Positions 51,590-64,000 are shown, counted from the first letter of the stretch. The stretch is DNA of 64,000 nucleotides from Camelus ferus (GCF_009834535.1 NC_045707.1:62188001-62252000); one strand, 5' to 3'. The notes: generated from the letters alone by a model not told the origin. Translations and numbers: made by a program.

Positions 51590-52560
51590 TGGGCACTGTC
51601 ATCTCGTCTGCATTTGCATCCTTATTCATCATTACCTGCTCTTGCCCCCTAGACTGCAAGTAGGCTCAAGTCTTTCCCATGGCAGTGCACACACACACTC
51701 AAGAGTTTCCCCTCCATTTACAGTTCCCTCCCTCCCTCTCTCTTTTAACTTTGCAACTAAATTTCTTCAGTCTGTTGGTATGATATCTTTCATCAGTTTC
51801 CGTTCATTTCTTAACCCATTAACATCTTTATATTTTTACTGAAAGTACTCTGGAAAAAGCAATTCAACAGGTAAATTCTATATTTGTAAGAAAAGCAGAC
51901 ACTCTGTACTTTGTCACTGATTCACTGATTTTAATATTGGCGACCTTATTTTTCTCCTTAAAGTAAGGAGATTATATAATTTGCCCACTGAGTTATAACT
52001 GTGACGCCATTCACCCGGCTTTCTCTCCCATTTAGACATTAGTATACCTTCATTTTCCTTGACTCCTTTTTCTATTGATTAAATTCTGGTTTTTCCTGAA
52101 TTGCTCACCTTCGCTCGTTCCTCTCTGCAATCACCCACATTGCTCTTACTATCAGTGCTGTGCTATTGACTATAAATACGCTGCAGGTAACAAATTCCCC
52201 ATTCGTACAGTACCAACCTGGGCCTATTCCTTCTTCCCCATTTTCACCCCATCTCAGGTGTGTCTCCCTCCTCATTTTTCTTTCTCACTTAGGAAGTAAC
52301 AGCACCATCACAACAGCTCTCTGACTGGACTCCTTTTCTGACTGTCCCCTTCGTGCTGGAGTAAGGAGGAGTCACTCGCTGTTCTTAGGAAATGTCATGC
52401 TGTTTCTTGCTTCCTAATATATTCGTTTTTTTTCTTCTCTGCTTGGAAACCATTCTTTCCACACAGAAGGCTGTTATTCTTTCTTACTTAGCTAATTGTC
52501 AGTTTTGCTCAGCTATTCACCTCTAGGAAGATTTCCAGAATCCTAAGCTAGATTGAATTC
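51590..52560 (+). mobile_element. Degenerate L2
   Basis: Pyrimidine-rich; ctcaagtctttccca; ttcttaacccattaacatc; ttctctgcttggaaaccattctt; cacctctaggaagatttccagaat. Confidence 0.5.
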
Positions 52561-52666
52561 TGACTCATGATTAAACCAAATAAAGTAGATAACATTATGG
52601 ATTTTTTGCCCCAAGGAACCCAAAATACAAAAATATTCATATTTATCACTAAATATGTCTGTAGGA

Positions 52667-53079
52667 AAGAGAAATAAAAATATCATATGATATCACTCAT
52701 ATGGAGAATCCAGAAAAAGAAAAAAAGAAGACACTAATGAACACATCTACAAAAAAGAAACAGACTTGCAGACGTAGTAAACAATCTTATGGTTACCGGG
52801 GGAAAGGGAGTGGGAAGAGATAAATTTGGGCATTTGAAATTTGCAAATGTTAACCACTATATATAAAACTAGATTAAAAAAACAAAAATTTCTTCTGTAT
52901 AGCATAGGGGAACTATATTCAATATCTTATAATAATCTCTAATGAAAAAGAATATAAAAACAAATATATGTGTGTTTGTGTGTATATGTATATATCTATA
53001 TCTATGACTGGGACATTATGATGTACACTTGAAATTGACACATTGTAAGTGACCATACTTCAATTAAAAAAAAAGAAAA
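52667..53079 (+). mobile_element. Relatively young cetartiodactyl/camelid L1 3' end (5'-truncated)
   Basis: tatcatatgatatcactcatatggagaatc...aacaatcttatggttaccgggggaaagggagtgggaagagataaatttggg...ctgtatagcataggggaactatattcaatatctt...gaaattgacacattgtaagtgaccatacttcaatt and an A tail; TSD aaatatgtctgtagga at 52651-52666 and 53202-53217. Confidence 0.9.
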
Positions 53080-53759
53080 CATTTTGGCAAATGAAGAATT
53101 ATATCAGATAATCAACTATAAGATCATTTATGCAAAGTGGAAAAAAAATTACCACAATTCTCATTAAAAATAATACTCTAGATAAAATTTAAAAATTTTA
53201 AAAATATGTCTGTAGGAGAGAAACAAATGTCATCATTAGCATTAAAAAATAATGTTTCTGTACTGTAAAATCTGCCTTCTTTTCTCTAGCCCATAAGTGG
53301 AATTATATTAATCTAAGATTTTATAAGATTTATCTGGAGCAAAAAAACCCATTTCTCTTTCTCAGAAAATACCTAACAGTCTATAATACCTTTAGGGATC
53401 TTGGTAGAGTCATGACACACTCAACTCTGTCAATCTTCTGTAGCCAGGGTTGGTGCTGTGTACCTGGAAGAAAAGATAAACTACATGAGTCTAAATGTTT
53501 TTCAGCAAATGGAACTACTCAGTTGAAGATACATAACATATGGCTATTTCACTTACAACAAAAATTAGAAAATCAGAATTCACTGATTAATTAATAACAG
53601 TTAAATTAGGAAAATAATTATGAATTTTTTTATGTTTAAATCTTTGTACATCAAAGTAATTTCAATGAAGAGCATTTGTTACCCACGAAAAGAGTTTTTT
53701 CCACTATGATCTACAATCACATTCTGATCCCATAAATGAGAAAATTTAAACCGTCTAAA

Positions 53760-55110
53760 GGGGACTGCTAGTACCAGACCTTGCATGTAAAAAACTTGGC
53801 AGTCATCACTCCTCTTCTTAAAACAAGGAAAAGATGAACAAACTTAAAAACTTAAAATCAAGGATTCTACTTGGACCTATCAGAGGGCAAACCACCACTT
53901 CAAAATCTGTAGAGATGTGCTCATCCAGGGAGACACAGCCAAGATTTTGTTACCTGGGAGCAGAAGCTGTTTTGACAAATTATTCTAGACTGGGTGTGGA
54001 TTTCAGTTTGAGAGTGAGAAACTCTTGGGGGTAAAGCCAAGGTTAAGTTTTTGTGTGTTTAATCTCCAGGGATCACACCAGGTTCTCATAATGCAGATGA
54101 GGAAAGATACCCTCTAACTATATTAAGGGAGGGGAAGAGAATCAGTGTAAATACTGCACAGAGCCTTCCCCATAAGAAAGGCTACTCCACATGGGAAAAG
54201 ACCGCCACTGCATTACTCCAGCCAGGGGAGGGCACTGCTCCCACTCCTGCCTTCTCTAGCCTTCTTGTGTCACCAAAGATGGAAAATAGTCAATAGCAGT
54301 CAGAACATCAAGGAAATAGATTGAGAAGAATGACATCAAAGAAAGGATCAGGGAGAAGAAAGAAGAAAGCAATTTAAAAAAAATGTTGGGAAAGTCACAA
54401 TCTTATGATAAAGGATGTTAAAATAATGAGATTTAATCAGATTTTAGAGATTTCCTTTAGCTACAGCTTTCCACAATATCTTCATGGCTCCCATATAAGA
54501 TCAAAGATTACAGCTGAAGGAGCCAGAAGACATAGATCTTTCCAAAGAGGCATACTTAGAAAAGCCCAAAGTAGAGGAGAGATTAAAAACTAAGACACCA
54601 GAGGAATCTGAAGCCGAGGCATCTATAGCCATAGCAAACATTAATTAGAGCCTAAATCCTAGCTAAATTAATGTAGATTCTCACACTAAAGACCTGTTTT
54701 CTTTATTCATATTAGTCCACATTGTTGGCTTTCAACAACAACAAAGATTACAAAGTACTCCCAAAAGCAAGGAAAATACATTCTGAAAGGTGAAGCGATC
54801 AGCAAAGCCAAACATAGCTGTGACACAGATATTGAAATGATCAGAGAAGTCATTTAAAATAACTATGGTTAATTTGGTAAGGATTCTAATGGCAAAAGTA
54901 GATAACATGCAAGAACAGATGTGAACAGAGAAATGGAAACTGTAAGAAAGAATTAAGAAAATGATGGGGGCAAAAAAATCCACTGTAACAGAAGTAAATA
55001 ATATCTTCTAAGAACCTATCAGTAGACTTGACATGGCAGAGAATCAGTGATATGGAAGACAGGTCAAAAGAAACTTCAGAAATTAAAACACAAAAGAAAA
55101 AGAATGAAAA
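53760..55110 (+). mobile_element. L1MC-type (L1MCa-like) 5' UTR and ORF1 N-terminal remnant
   Basis: catgtaaaaaacttggcagtcatcactcc...aacaaggaaaagatgaacaaact; tttaaaataactatggttaatttggtaaggattctaatggcaaaagtagataacatgcaagaacagatg. Confidence 0.8.
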
Positions 55111-55111
55111 A

Positions 55112-56575
55112 TGACTGTTTCAATTGTAATATGTCTTGGTGTGGACTTCTTTGGGATCATCTTATTTGGAATTTTCTCTAGTTCCTGGACCTAGATGTCA
55201 GTGTCCTTTCCAGGTTAGGGAAGTTTTCCACTATTATTTCCTCTAATAAGTTCTCTGCCCTTTACCCTCTCTCTTTTTTTCTGAGATCCCTATAATAAGA
55301 ATGTTAGTACATTTGATGTTGTCTGAAAGTTTTCTTAAATTGTCTTTATTAAAAAATTTCTTTCCTCCATTTAGCTTGAGTGATTTCTACCACACGGTCT
55401 TCAATTTTGCTAACCCATTTCTCTCTATAATATTGTTGATTTCCTCTAGCGTATTTTTTAAAAAATATTTTCTAGCTCTTCACTGGAGTTCTCACTGTGT
55501 TCATCCATTCTTCCCCAACATTGGTGAGTATCTTTATTATCATTATCTTGAATTCTTTGTTAGGTAGATTGCTTATCTCTTTCATTTATTTATTTTTCCT
55601 AGGTTTTGTCTTGTTCCTTCATTTGGAACATATTCCTCTGTCTCCTCATTTTGCCAGATCTCTGTGTTTATTTCTATACATTACATAGGCTTGCTATGTT
55701 TCCTGATCTTAGAGAAGTGACTTTATGCAAGAGATGCCCTATGGGGACTAGCAGCATGCCCCCCTCTGTCACCAGAGCTAAGTGCTTCAGGAGTGTTCCC
55801 TACGTGGGCTGCATGTGGCCCTCTGCTGTGGTGGGGTTAACTACCGTCAGTGTGCTAGCCCTGGTCCAGCTATCTGTGAGACTTTGCTTCTTGCAGTTGC
55901 TGTGGGCCCACTGGTGGTTGGGGCTGGTCCCAGCACTAATGAGCTAAAGAGAGGATTCCAACGTGACCTTTGCCAGTGTCCATGTCACATGATACAGTGA
56001 GATCCCAAAAATGGCTGCCTCCAATGTCCACAGGGAGAGTCCCAGCTCCCTCCTGCCTCTCTGGGAGACTCTCCAAGATCAGCAAATGGGTCTGACACAG
56101 GCACTTTTCAAACCGCTGCCTCTGTGCTGGGACTCAGAGCCTGTGAGATTCTGTGTGTACCCTCCGAGAGCAGAATCTCTATTTCGTACAGCTCTCTCAA
56201 ATGTAAGCCCTGTTGGTTTTCAAAGTCTGACTTTCTGACGGCTCTTCTTCCTGGTGCAGAACTTTCAGGCTGGGGAGCCAGAAGTGGGCCTAGTTCCCTT
56301 ACTCTTTGGGGAGGACCTCAGTGGTTGTGACGTCCCACCTGTTTACGAGTCACCAACCTGGGATGTGCGTTCCGATAAGACCACATTTCCACCCATCCTA
56401 CCCATCTCACTGTGGCTTTTTTTTTTTTTTTTTTTTTTTAATATTTTCCATCGTGGAAAATCTTTTCTGCTAGGCCATTCTCATAGACAGTTGCTCTGTA
56501 TGTAGCTGTAACTTTGCTGTGCTCATAAGACAGGGTGAGCTCAGGGTCTTCGTACTCCACCTTCTTTATACCCTC
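55112..56575 (-). mobile_element. L1 5' end (L1M2/L1M3-like) with 5' UTR and partial ORF1
   Basis: The reverse complement near 56570 reads aaggtggagtacgaagaccctgagctcaccc, like an L1 5' terminus; ORF1 reverse motifs caggttagggaagttttcc...ttatttcctctaataag; internal poly(T). Confidence 0.85.
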
Positions 56576-57764
56576 TCCATAAAACTGAGCCTTTAAATAA
56601 AAAAGAATTGGAGTATATATTTCTCAAGGCTTATGATTAAATCAATAAAAGCAGGCTATGGTGTTTAATAAACGTGTTATAAGAAAATATAGAAAACATA
56701 GGCAGAAAGAATACAGTGGCTATAAGTAAAAGCTGAAAACAAAATGAAAGGTTTCTCCATTTAATGGTTTCTTTACAAGTAGGTCCTCCTCTACTTTCCT
56801 GAGTACTGGTCCAATCAAACACAATTTGGAAATCCATTTCTGTAACAAAATACATTACTACCAAAACAAATCCAGTTGAGTATTGGTGAGAACATCAGTT
56901 TCTCTTTTTTCATCAAGGAAAATATCACAGTAACACACTGGGCCTTAGTTGTATCAAAATTCTTATTGGTGGAAATTAGTTACTTCAGGATAATTATACC
57001 ACAGTGTATATTCAAGTATCTTTTCTCTTAACTAAATTTCTCACACGGGAGTAAACTGAAGGTTAGAATTTTGAAAAATAATGTTGGTATTACCAACTAG
57101 TTTTGAACATGAATCTTTAGGAAAATACTTTCTATTATTGTTAATCTTTCCTCAGTAGTACTCATAATCTTCTTTGGTAGAAAATTACCTGACTTGCCCT
57201 ACAAATACAAGTAAGACTATTAACTGAGAAGGAATATACCACACAGAATTATAGTAATTTTTTTCCCATTAGAATGTTTGAAGAGAATTAGTAAAACTCT
57301 GGGCTCCTCACTTCAACTATTAAAAGTAAGGGAATTTAGGGATGTAGTTAACATGAACCTAAACAGATTTCAGCAGCATTTCCCTTACAGAGATCTCTTT
57401 CTGTGACTAAAAACACACAAATTTTACTGTGGGAGATGTCTGAGGAATAACTGTTCTGAGCTAGGAAATCATACAATAGTTATTTTGACTCTTTCTGTAA
57501 AGTGAGAATAAAATTGAAGGTTTATTTATTCATTTACGTATTCATAAATTAAAAATATTTATTAAAAATGATTTTGAGCAGTGAGTTATGAGCTGGGAAT
57601 GCCTTATGTTTTTTAAAATTAGGTGAGTAAGTATTTTGTTCATGACAACCCATTCCACAAAAATTTAGTACATACTTAAGGTGAAGCATCCTGTTATATT
57701 GAGGTTATAAATAAAAATTAGACCATTCTTAAAGGCCTCACATTTTATTCATGATTTTCAATAC

Positions 57765-57870
57765 TGTATTTTTTAGAGCAGTTTTTTGTTTACAACACAA
57801 TTCAAGGAGGCACAGAAATCTCCTGTACATCCCTTGCACTCACATATGTATAGCTTCCCTCATTATCAAC
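57765..57870 (-). mobile_element. L1MC1-like 3' terminal fragment
   Basis: ttttttagagcagttttttgtttacaacacaatt...cacatatgtatagcttccctcattatcaac. Confidence 0.65.
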
Positions 57871-58827
57871 TACACAAACAGCTTGTACAACACAACATCA
57901 AAAAAAAAATACCCAATTAAAAATTCAGCAGAGGACCTGAATAGACATTTTTTCCATAGAAGACATACAGATGGCCAACAGGCACATGAAAAGATGCTCA
58001 CTATCACTAATTATCAGGGAAATGAAAATCAAAACCACGATGAGATATCACCTCACATCTGTTGGAATGGCTATTATCAAAAAGACATAAATAGCAAATG
58101 TCAGCAAGGATGTGGAGAAAAGGAAACCCTCATCCACTGGTGGTGGGAATGTAAATTGGTGCAGCCACTATGGAAAACAGTATGGAACTCCTCAAAAAAC
58201 TAAAAATTGAACTGTAATATGACTCAGCAATTCCACTCCTGGATATTTATCCTAAAAAAATAAAAACACTAATTTGAAGAGGTGTATGCACCCCGATGTT
58301 CATAGAAGCATTATTTACAATAGCCAAGATATGGAAGAAACCTGTGTCCATCAACAGATGAATGCATAAAGAAGATGTGGTATACATACATAATAGAATA
58401 TTAGTTATAAAAAAAAAAGAATAAAATTTTGCCATTTACAACAACATGGATGGACTTGTAGGCTATTATGCTAAGTGAAGTAAGTCAAACACAGTCTGAT
58501 ATCCCTTATGTGTGAAATCTAAAAAAATACAACAAACTAGTGAATGTTACCAATAAGAAGCAGACTTACAGATACAGAGAACAAGCTATTAGTTACCAGG
58601 GGAGAGAGGGAAGTGGGCAGGGACAAGTTAGGGGTAGGGGATTAAAAGATACAATCTACTATGGATAAAACAAATAAGCTACAAAGATGAATAGTACAAT
58701 GCAAGAAACATAGTCAATATTCCATAATAACTACAAGTGGAATGTAACCTTTAAAATTGTGAATCACTATGTTGTACACCTGAAACTTATATAATATTGT
58801 ACATCAACTATATCTCAATAAAAAAAA
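57871..58827 (+). mobile_element. L1 ORF2 C-terminus and 3' UTR with A tail
   Basis: Frameshifted ORF2 translation (AEDLNRHF...[17 protein letters not shown]) in ORF 57751-58203; 3' UTR ends tgttgtacacctgaaacttatataatattgtacatcaactatatctcaataaaaaaaa. Confidence 0.92.
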
Positions 58828-58834
58828 TTTAAGG

Positions 58835-60100
58835 AGTTTAAAAAGATGTATCATTCAAACGTTAATCAAAAGAAAACTGGAGTACTAATATTCATTTCAG
58901 AAAGAATCAGCAACAGAACAAAAAATATTATCAATGAAAAAGGAAGGCATTACATTACTATAAAGTGGTCACTTTCTTAAGAAGACATAACAATCCTTAA
59001 TGTGTATGCACCTAACAACAGAGAATTAAAATATATAAAGCAAAAGCTGATGTAAGTTCATTGAGAAGTAGACAAATCTATTATAACTGGAGACTTCAAC
59101 ACCCCTCTATCATTAATTGACAGAATTACCAGGCAGAAAAATCAGTTAAGATATAGTGACCTAAACAGCATTATCAAACATCTTGATCTAATTGACATTT
59201 ATAGAACACTCTATCCAACAACAGCAGAGTGTACGTTCTTCTGAACCTCACACAGAACATTCATCAATATAGACCAGAAAAGTAAAGTACAGCCAAAAAA
59301 CTAACAAAAGAATGCTTATGCAGTGATATTACTAGAAAAAATTAGCTTCTAATAGAAAAACTGTAACTAGATTTAAACATATACTAACAAGAAATTTCAA
59401 TTCCCCAAAAGACAAAACAATTCTAAATGTGTATTCACCAAACACAGCCATTCTCAAGATACATTATAAGGAAAAGCAGAGAAATCCACAACTATACTAG
59501 GGAATTTTAATGTAATTAATTCAGCAGCTGACAGAACACTGATGTATTATCAGTGAGTGGTAGAGTACTTAGGCAATACAGTTACCAGTTACCTAATTGC
59601 ATATAAAATATTGCACTTAAGATAAAATACACCTTATTTTCAAGCAAACAGAAAATGTACACATACTGACAATATGTTGAAATTTTTGGAAGAAAATTGA
59701 TAGGTTTAAGCACATGCTTTAGGAAACCAAGACTGGAGAGAAAGTAAAATGAACACAAACTGGAAAGAAGGAAATAAATGTAATAAATAATATAAAATAC
59801 TGATTTATAAAACAAACATTCTATAAAGAAGATTACTAAGACATAAGTTAATAATTTCAAAAGGCTGATAAAATTTATCTACCCCTTGTGAGACTGATTA
59901 AGAAAAAAAGATGAAAAAGTACATAAATGATCAATTTTTAGAATGTAATAGGAAACACTATTAACATATTCTGCAAGCACAAATAAGGTAACAAAAGGAA
60001 AGTTTAAAAAAGCTTTATAAAATAAATTAGGCTACATAGTAAAATGGACTAACTCTCGAGAAAATATACTTCACCAAAACAGAGAAAATAAACAATATAA
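58835..60100 (+). mobile_element. Older L1 ORF2 fragments (endonuclease region, two successive copies)
   Basis: aatcaaaagaaaactggagtactaatattcatttcaga; gaagacataacaatccttaatgtgtatgcacctaacaacagag; ctggagacttcaacacccctct; a second, more decayed copy from about 59300. Confidence 0.8.
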
Positions 60101-60144
60101 AATGTTATTCTATAAGTGTTACAATGTCAGATTTTAATTCAAAA

Positions 60145-60430
60145 CTATTATGTAACAAGTAGCTACCTAATGTCAATGAATTAAAATAACAAATATTTTG
60201 GTTTTTACCCACAGTTGTGCAGGTCAGTTCTGGCTCTGACACACTCTTACTGGATTGTGCAGGCTTAACTTTCCACTGAACTTCTGCACATAACTCCTCA
60301 TTCTAGGACCCGTGGCTACCTGAGCGATGCTTTTGATATGAAAGATGATATGAGTGCAAGATGTCAGCCCAAACAATGCTGGCATATTTAAAGTTCCTGC
60401 TGTGTCTTGTCTGCTGAAATTCCATTGTGT
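60145..60430 (-). mobile_element. MaLR LTR (MLT1J/K-like)
   Basis: cctcattctaggaccc...gctacctgagcgatgct...cccaaacaatgctggcatatttaaagttcctgct...tctgctgaaattccattg. Confidence 0.6.
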
Positions 60431-61902
60431 GACTATACAATGATACATCTATTCATGACCATTTGGATTGATTCCAGCTTTTTATTGTTATGAATAAAGT
60501 TGCTCTGAACATTATTATACATGTCTTTAGGGCATACCAGTACCTCACAGTAAAGAAGAAATTTCATTTGTCTGCTACAAAACTCCACCATATCTAACTT
60601 ATACTGTTTGCATGCATGCATGCACACACACACAACCAATACTACATATATGCCTGTATTACAGAATTGATAAAAAAAATGCAGAGGGACATGATACAAC
60701 AAAGCTTCACACATACGTATGCAAAACAGGTGTGCATTTACAGGTTAGCATTTGCTCACCTCATGCCAAATTGCTTCATCCAGTTTTGTCTTACTTAACA
60801 CTAAGCTTTTTCACTCAAGATTCGTATATAATATTTCTGTCTGGGCTGGGACATCCAATTGTTCAAATTCACATTATAGCAGTGAGCCAAGGTAGAGTCT
60901 AGTACTTGCCTACAGCTGAGAAAGATTAAATTACCATGCCTCAGATAATGAATAAAAATAGAAGAGGATTAGTCCCTCCCTTTCAAATAATAGATAAAAT
61001 TAAAGAATTTTTAGAAGTGAAAGATATCTTCTCAGTCCTAAAAAAAGTGGTTGCTAAGTACTGAAAAATTAATGGAATGTCAACATCTTTTTTTTTTCCG
61101 TATCTTAAGAGTTGTTTATAATCTCTCTTAGAACAGAGTAAGAGTAAAGAAAATCAAGATAATTATACTTCACTGTCTTTAAAAAAAAACCTTTATTATA
61201 ACACTGAAGTTACTTATTTGTAGTATAATACCTTTACTGTAGATCTGTATTTATTGATTGGAAAGCTATAATATTTTAATTTCATATACTATCAAATAAT
61301 ATGATAATAGTTTTAAAGGCTATCAATCAACTCAAGTTTTATTATTCTATGATCTCTATAATTTTAAGATGGTCACTTTTTTAAGCTCCAAAAATTCTTT
61401 GATTTCTCTACTGCAATCACTGACCAAAACAATAAATAAAATTTCTATATGTTGACTGTATTGGAACCCATCAGAAATAAAGCTTCTTAGAGAACTCTTC
61501 ATTTCCCTCACTCCAAATGCTAGAAAAGTGAGATTACATGGTGTGCCTACCATCACACTGATAGGAAGCAGCTGGTGACACTTCACTTTCTTTTAAAACA
61601 GGAAGAGCAAAATTTTTTGTGAGATGCTTGAAATTTATAATGTGTTGTTCACATGTCATGGCCTTTTGGTCTTTCTTTTTTTTAAGCAGGACAGCTGTAC
61701 AGAAGAAATATTCAGAATCCTGTCTGGGTCAGCTATATACATATGTAATGTTGACCCATATAAGCAGATTGTAATTTTAAGGTGACAGGTTTGTTTATTT
61801 TTATACCATGAGTATATGAAATAATCTATTTCAATGGCAGTATACATTTCCAAAAGATTTGACATCATTTAATAGATCATTTTCTATAATAACTTAAAAA
61901 AA

Positions 61903-62010
61903 TTTTCTCCTGGAGGGGCAGGTTATGAGGTTTATTTCTTTTTTTAATGGCAGTACTGGGAATTGAACCTAGGACCTTCATGCACTATACCACTGAGCTA
62001 AACCCTCTTC
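61903..62010 (-). mobile_element. Vic-1-type SINE, more diverged, with an internal deletion
   Basis: Reverse complement: GAAGAGGGTTTAGCTCAGTGGTATAGTGCATGAAGGTCCTAGGTTCAATTCCCAGTACTGCCATTAAAAAAAGAAATAAACCTCATAACCTGCCCC. Confidence 0.85.
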
Positions 62011-62289
62011 ACTTATAATAGCACCATATATATATGGATGGATGTATTTATTTTTCTCCATTTCCCAAAGTAAGATACAGAAAAAATTACAGCAAGCAAG
62101 AACTGGTTTATTATCTTTCTAGGATATAAATAAACCACTGAGTGTCTTATGAACTATCTATAAAGAAATGAAAAACTTACCATATTTGGGTTTGCATGAG
62201 ATTCTTTTAATTGGATATTACAGTCATTAAATATCTTGATATAATATGCACTAATTATACCCAATCTACAGGATCAAAAAGGATGGGAT

Positions 62290-62630
62290 GTTTCTTTCTT
62301 TCCAGTCCAAGCTGATAGGTGGTTTGGGGGACAGGAGGATTCATTCATGAGGAGACTCAGGTTTCCTTCCTTAGATTTTCTGTTTTCCTTCCTGGTTCAA
62401 GTTTGCACAATACAACCACCTTTAAGTTACAGCCCATGTGAAGTTGGAGAGTCATTCAGTAGGGACAATCAGGTTCCTTTTAAGGATGTTACTCAGAAAC
62501 TGCGTAAGTCACTTTGTCAGTAGGTGGAACTTAGTCCTGGTCATGACTAGTTGCGAAAGGGTTGGGACACGTGGTCTCCAACTCTGCTATGCACAAGCTA
62601 AGACACAAGGGAGTCTATGACTAAAATGGT
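62290..62630 (-). mobile_element. MaLR LTR (MLT1-like) fragment
   Basis: cagtccaagctgatagg...ctcaggtttccttcc...ggtggaacttagtcctggtcatgactagttgcgaaagggttgggacacgtggtct. Confidence 0.55.
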
Positions 62631-64000
62631 AAAAATAAAATTTGCAGACAATTAACAATCCATGTTACATGTGAACTTTTTAACGATACTAAACTTAATT
62701 TAACTTTTTCTTTTTTGTTGTTTTGATTCATAAGAAACATGAGGACATTATTTTTCTCCATGTTCATTAGTTTTCATTGTCTATTACTTTAAAATTCTTT
62801 TTCTTTGAAGTTTCTATATAGTTAGTTCCTAGGGAATTTTATAACTGTTTACAGGTTTAGACAACAGGGTAATAAACGGTTATTTCAAATATGCTAATAT
62901 TTCTCACAAATTTTCCATCCTTATAAAAATAGACTTTTAAGACCATAGGCCAGTTTCAATAAAAAATAGTGAAATTCATTTTGTTGCATCCTAGTATTAT
63001 CCATCGTTGCAAAGGCATAGGTTTGTGAGAGTAAACTGGTCTGCTGAAGGACTTCACATGGTTGTAAGCTTAAGGCAAGGATGAGGGGAAAAAGAAAGAA
63101 GATGAGGTTGAAAAGATGGGTGAAGCCTAGTGGGTAAAACCGTATGGTTAAAGACTCTAAATACCACCGAATACCTTCAAACTGCTCTCGTGTAGCTGGG
63201 AGATGAGACATCTCCAAACACATGCAATATGGTATATACTCGTCAATAAAAAGTAATGTGCGTATAACCCAAATATATGTATTTAATGTAGACTGCATGT
63301 GCACATGCTATTCTACTGATGAATGATGTGCATTATGAAGCATATATGAAATAGAGTGTAAAGACCTAAGGAGAAAAAAGTAGCGCTGTATTTTACATGG
63401 CTACAATAATGATTTTTGCTCTCCAGTTATAAAGCTTATCTTCATATTCTGTATATTCAGTTTTTAAAAATCTTACTGATGCCATGAAAGTTACAATTAT
63501 AAGAAGTTATATTTCAAGTTGCAGCTTTATTCTGGGTGAAGTTCAGCCTTCACACTAGTTTCACACAGTTGCATATGAAATCTCTACTTCATACAGCTTT
63601 CTTGTTAATGATGAAAGCAAACAATTTCTCCCCAGGAAGGGGGAATATAAGCCAGACTGCTGAGAGTCCAGTATGTTCATCAACGCAAGACCATTACCAT
63701 GCAGGGCAGGAGGAGGGGTTCACAACTGCTGGGCAGTTATCCTCCACCTTCCTACTTACCAGCCCCTGCCTCCTTCGTGTAAGTAGGCCCTGAAAAGTCT
63801 CTTTTTCTCATCCTGTTCCATAAACATTCAACAAATCCCAGAACTCCAAGCTTTCTTAAACTTTCTGAACTGTGGTCAAGGATTTGCTTCGATGGAGATA
63901 CTGTGGGTCCATTCCAAAGCAATTCTCTCTTTTTGGGCATGAGAACAATCTTCATCTCCAATATTTAAGTGAAGGTTGCCATTCAAATTCAATTTTTAAA

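Noticed and set aside
57751..58203. Longest ORF (150 aa)
   Set aside because: Chance read-through across two L1 fragments, mixing frames of a decayed ORF2 C-terminus
63752..63961. Minus-strand ORF ending at donor CTG|GTAAGT
   Set aside because: Good donor but no clear acceptor within the window and no recognisable protein; cannot be assessed at the window edge
1..64000. Short ORFs (60-150 aa) in the ORF track as genes
   Set aside because: Many start at non-ATG codons, overlap repeats or have AT-biased composition. None matches a protein family I recognise except L1 remnants.
1..64000. CRISPR arrays, operons, prophage, NUMT or non-retroviral endogenous virus
   Set aside because: The sequence is mammalian nuclear DNA; I saw no regularly spaced repeat-spacer array, mitochondrial gene or viral ORF by eye

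Overview
This is AT-rich, CpG-poor, repeat-dense mammalian DNA, either intronic or intergenic. It is most likely camelid (camel, alpaca or llama), inferred from four copies of a tRNA-Ala(AGC)-derived SINE of the Vic-1 type. I recognise no protein-coding gene: all ORFs in the track are short (150 aa or less), and the protein-like ones are decayed L1 ORF1/ORF2 pieces. Content is mainly transposable elements: L1 fragments of several ages (dense at 52.6-60.1 kb), L2, MIR, MaLR/ERVL/ERV1 solo LTRs and hAT DNA transposons. The two best-supported unusual observations are (1) a tailless retrocopy of only the 5' half of tRNA-Glu(TTC), with 7 extra 5' nt and perfect 22-bp flanking repeats (29419-29500), and (2) an L1 insertion with an apparent 3' transduction of about 100 bp inside a perfect 16-bp TSD (52651-53217). 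A few exon-like segments and enhancer-like motif clusters are listed as low-confidence leads. I found no evidence for a new multi-gene system. Repeat family names come from my recall of consensus sequences, not from a database search, and boundaries of old repeats are approximate.
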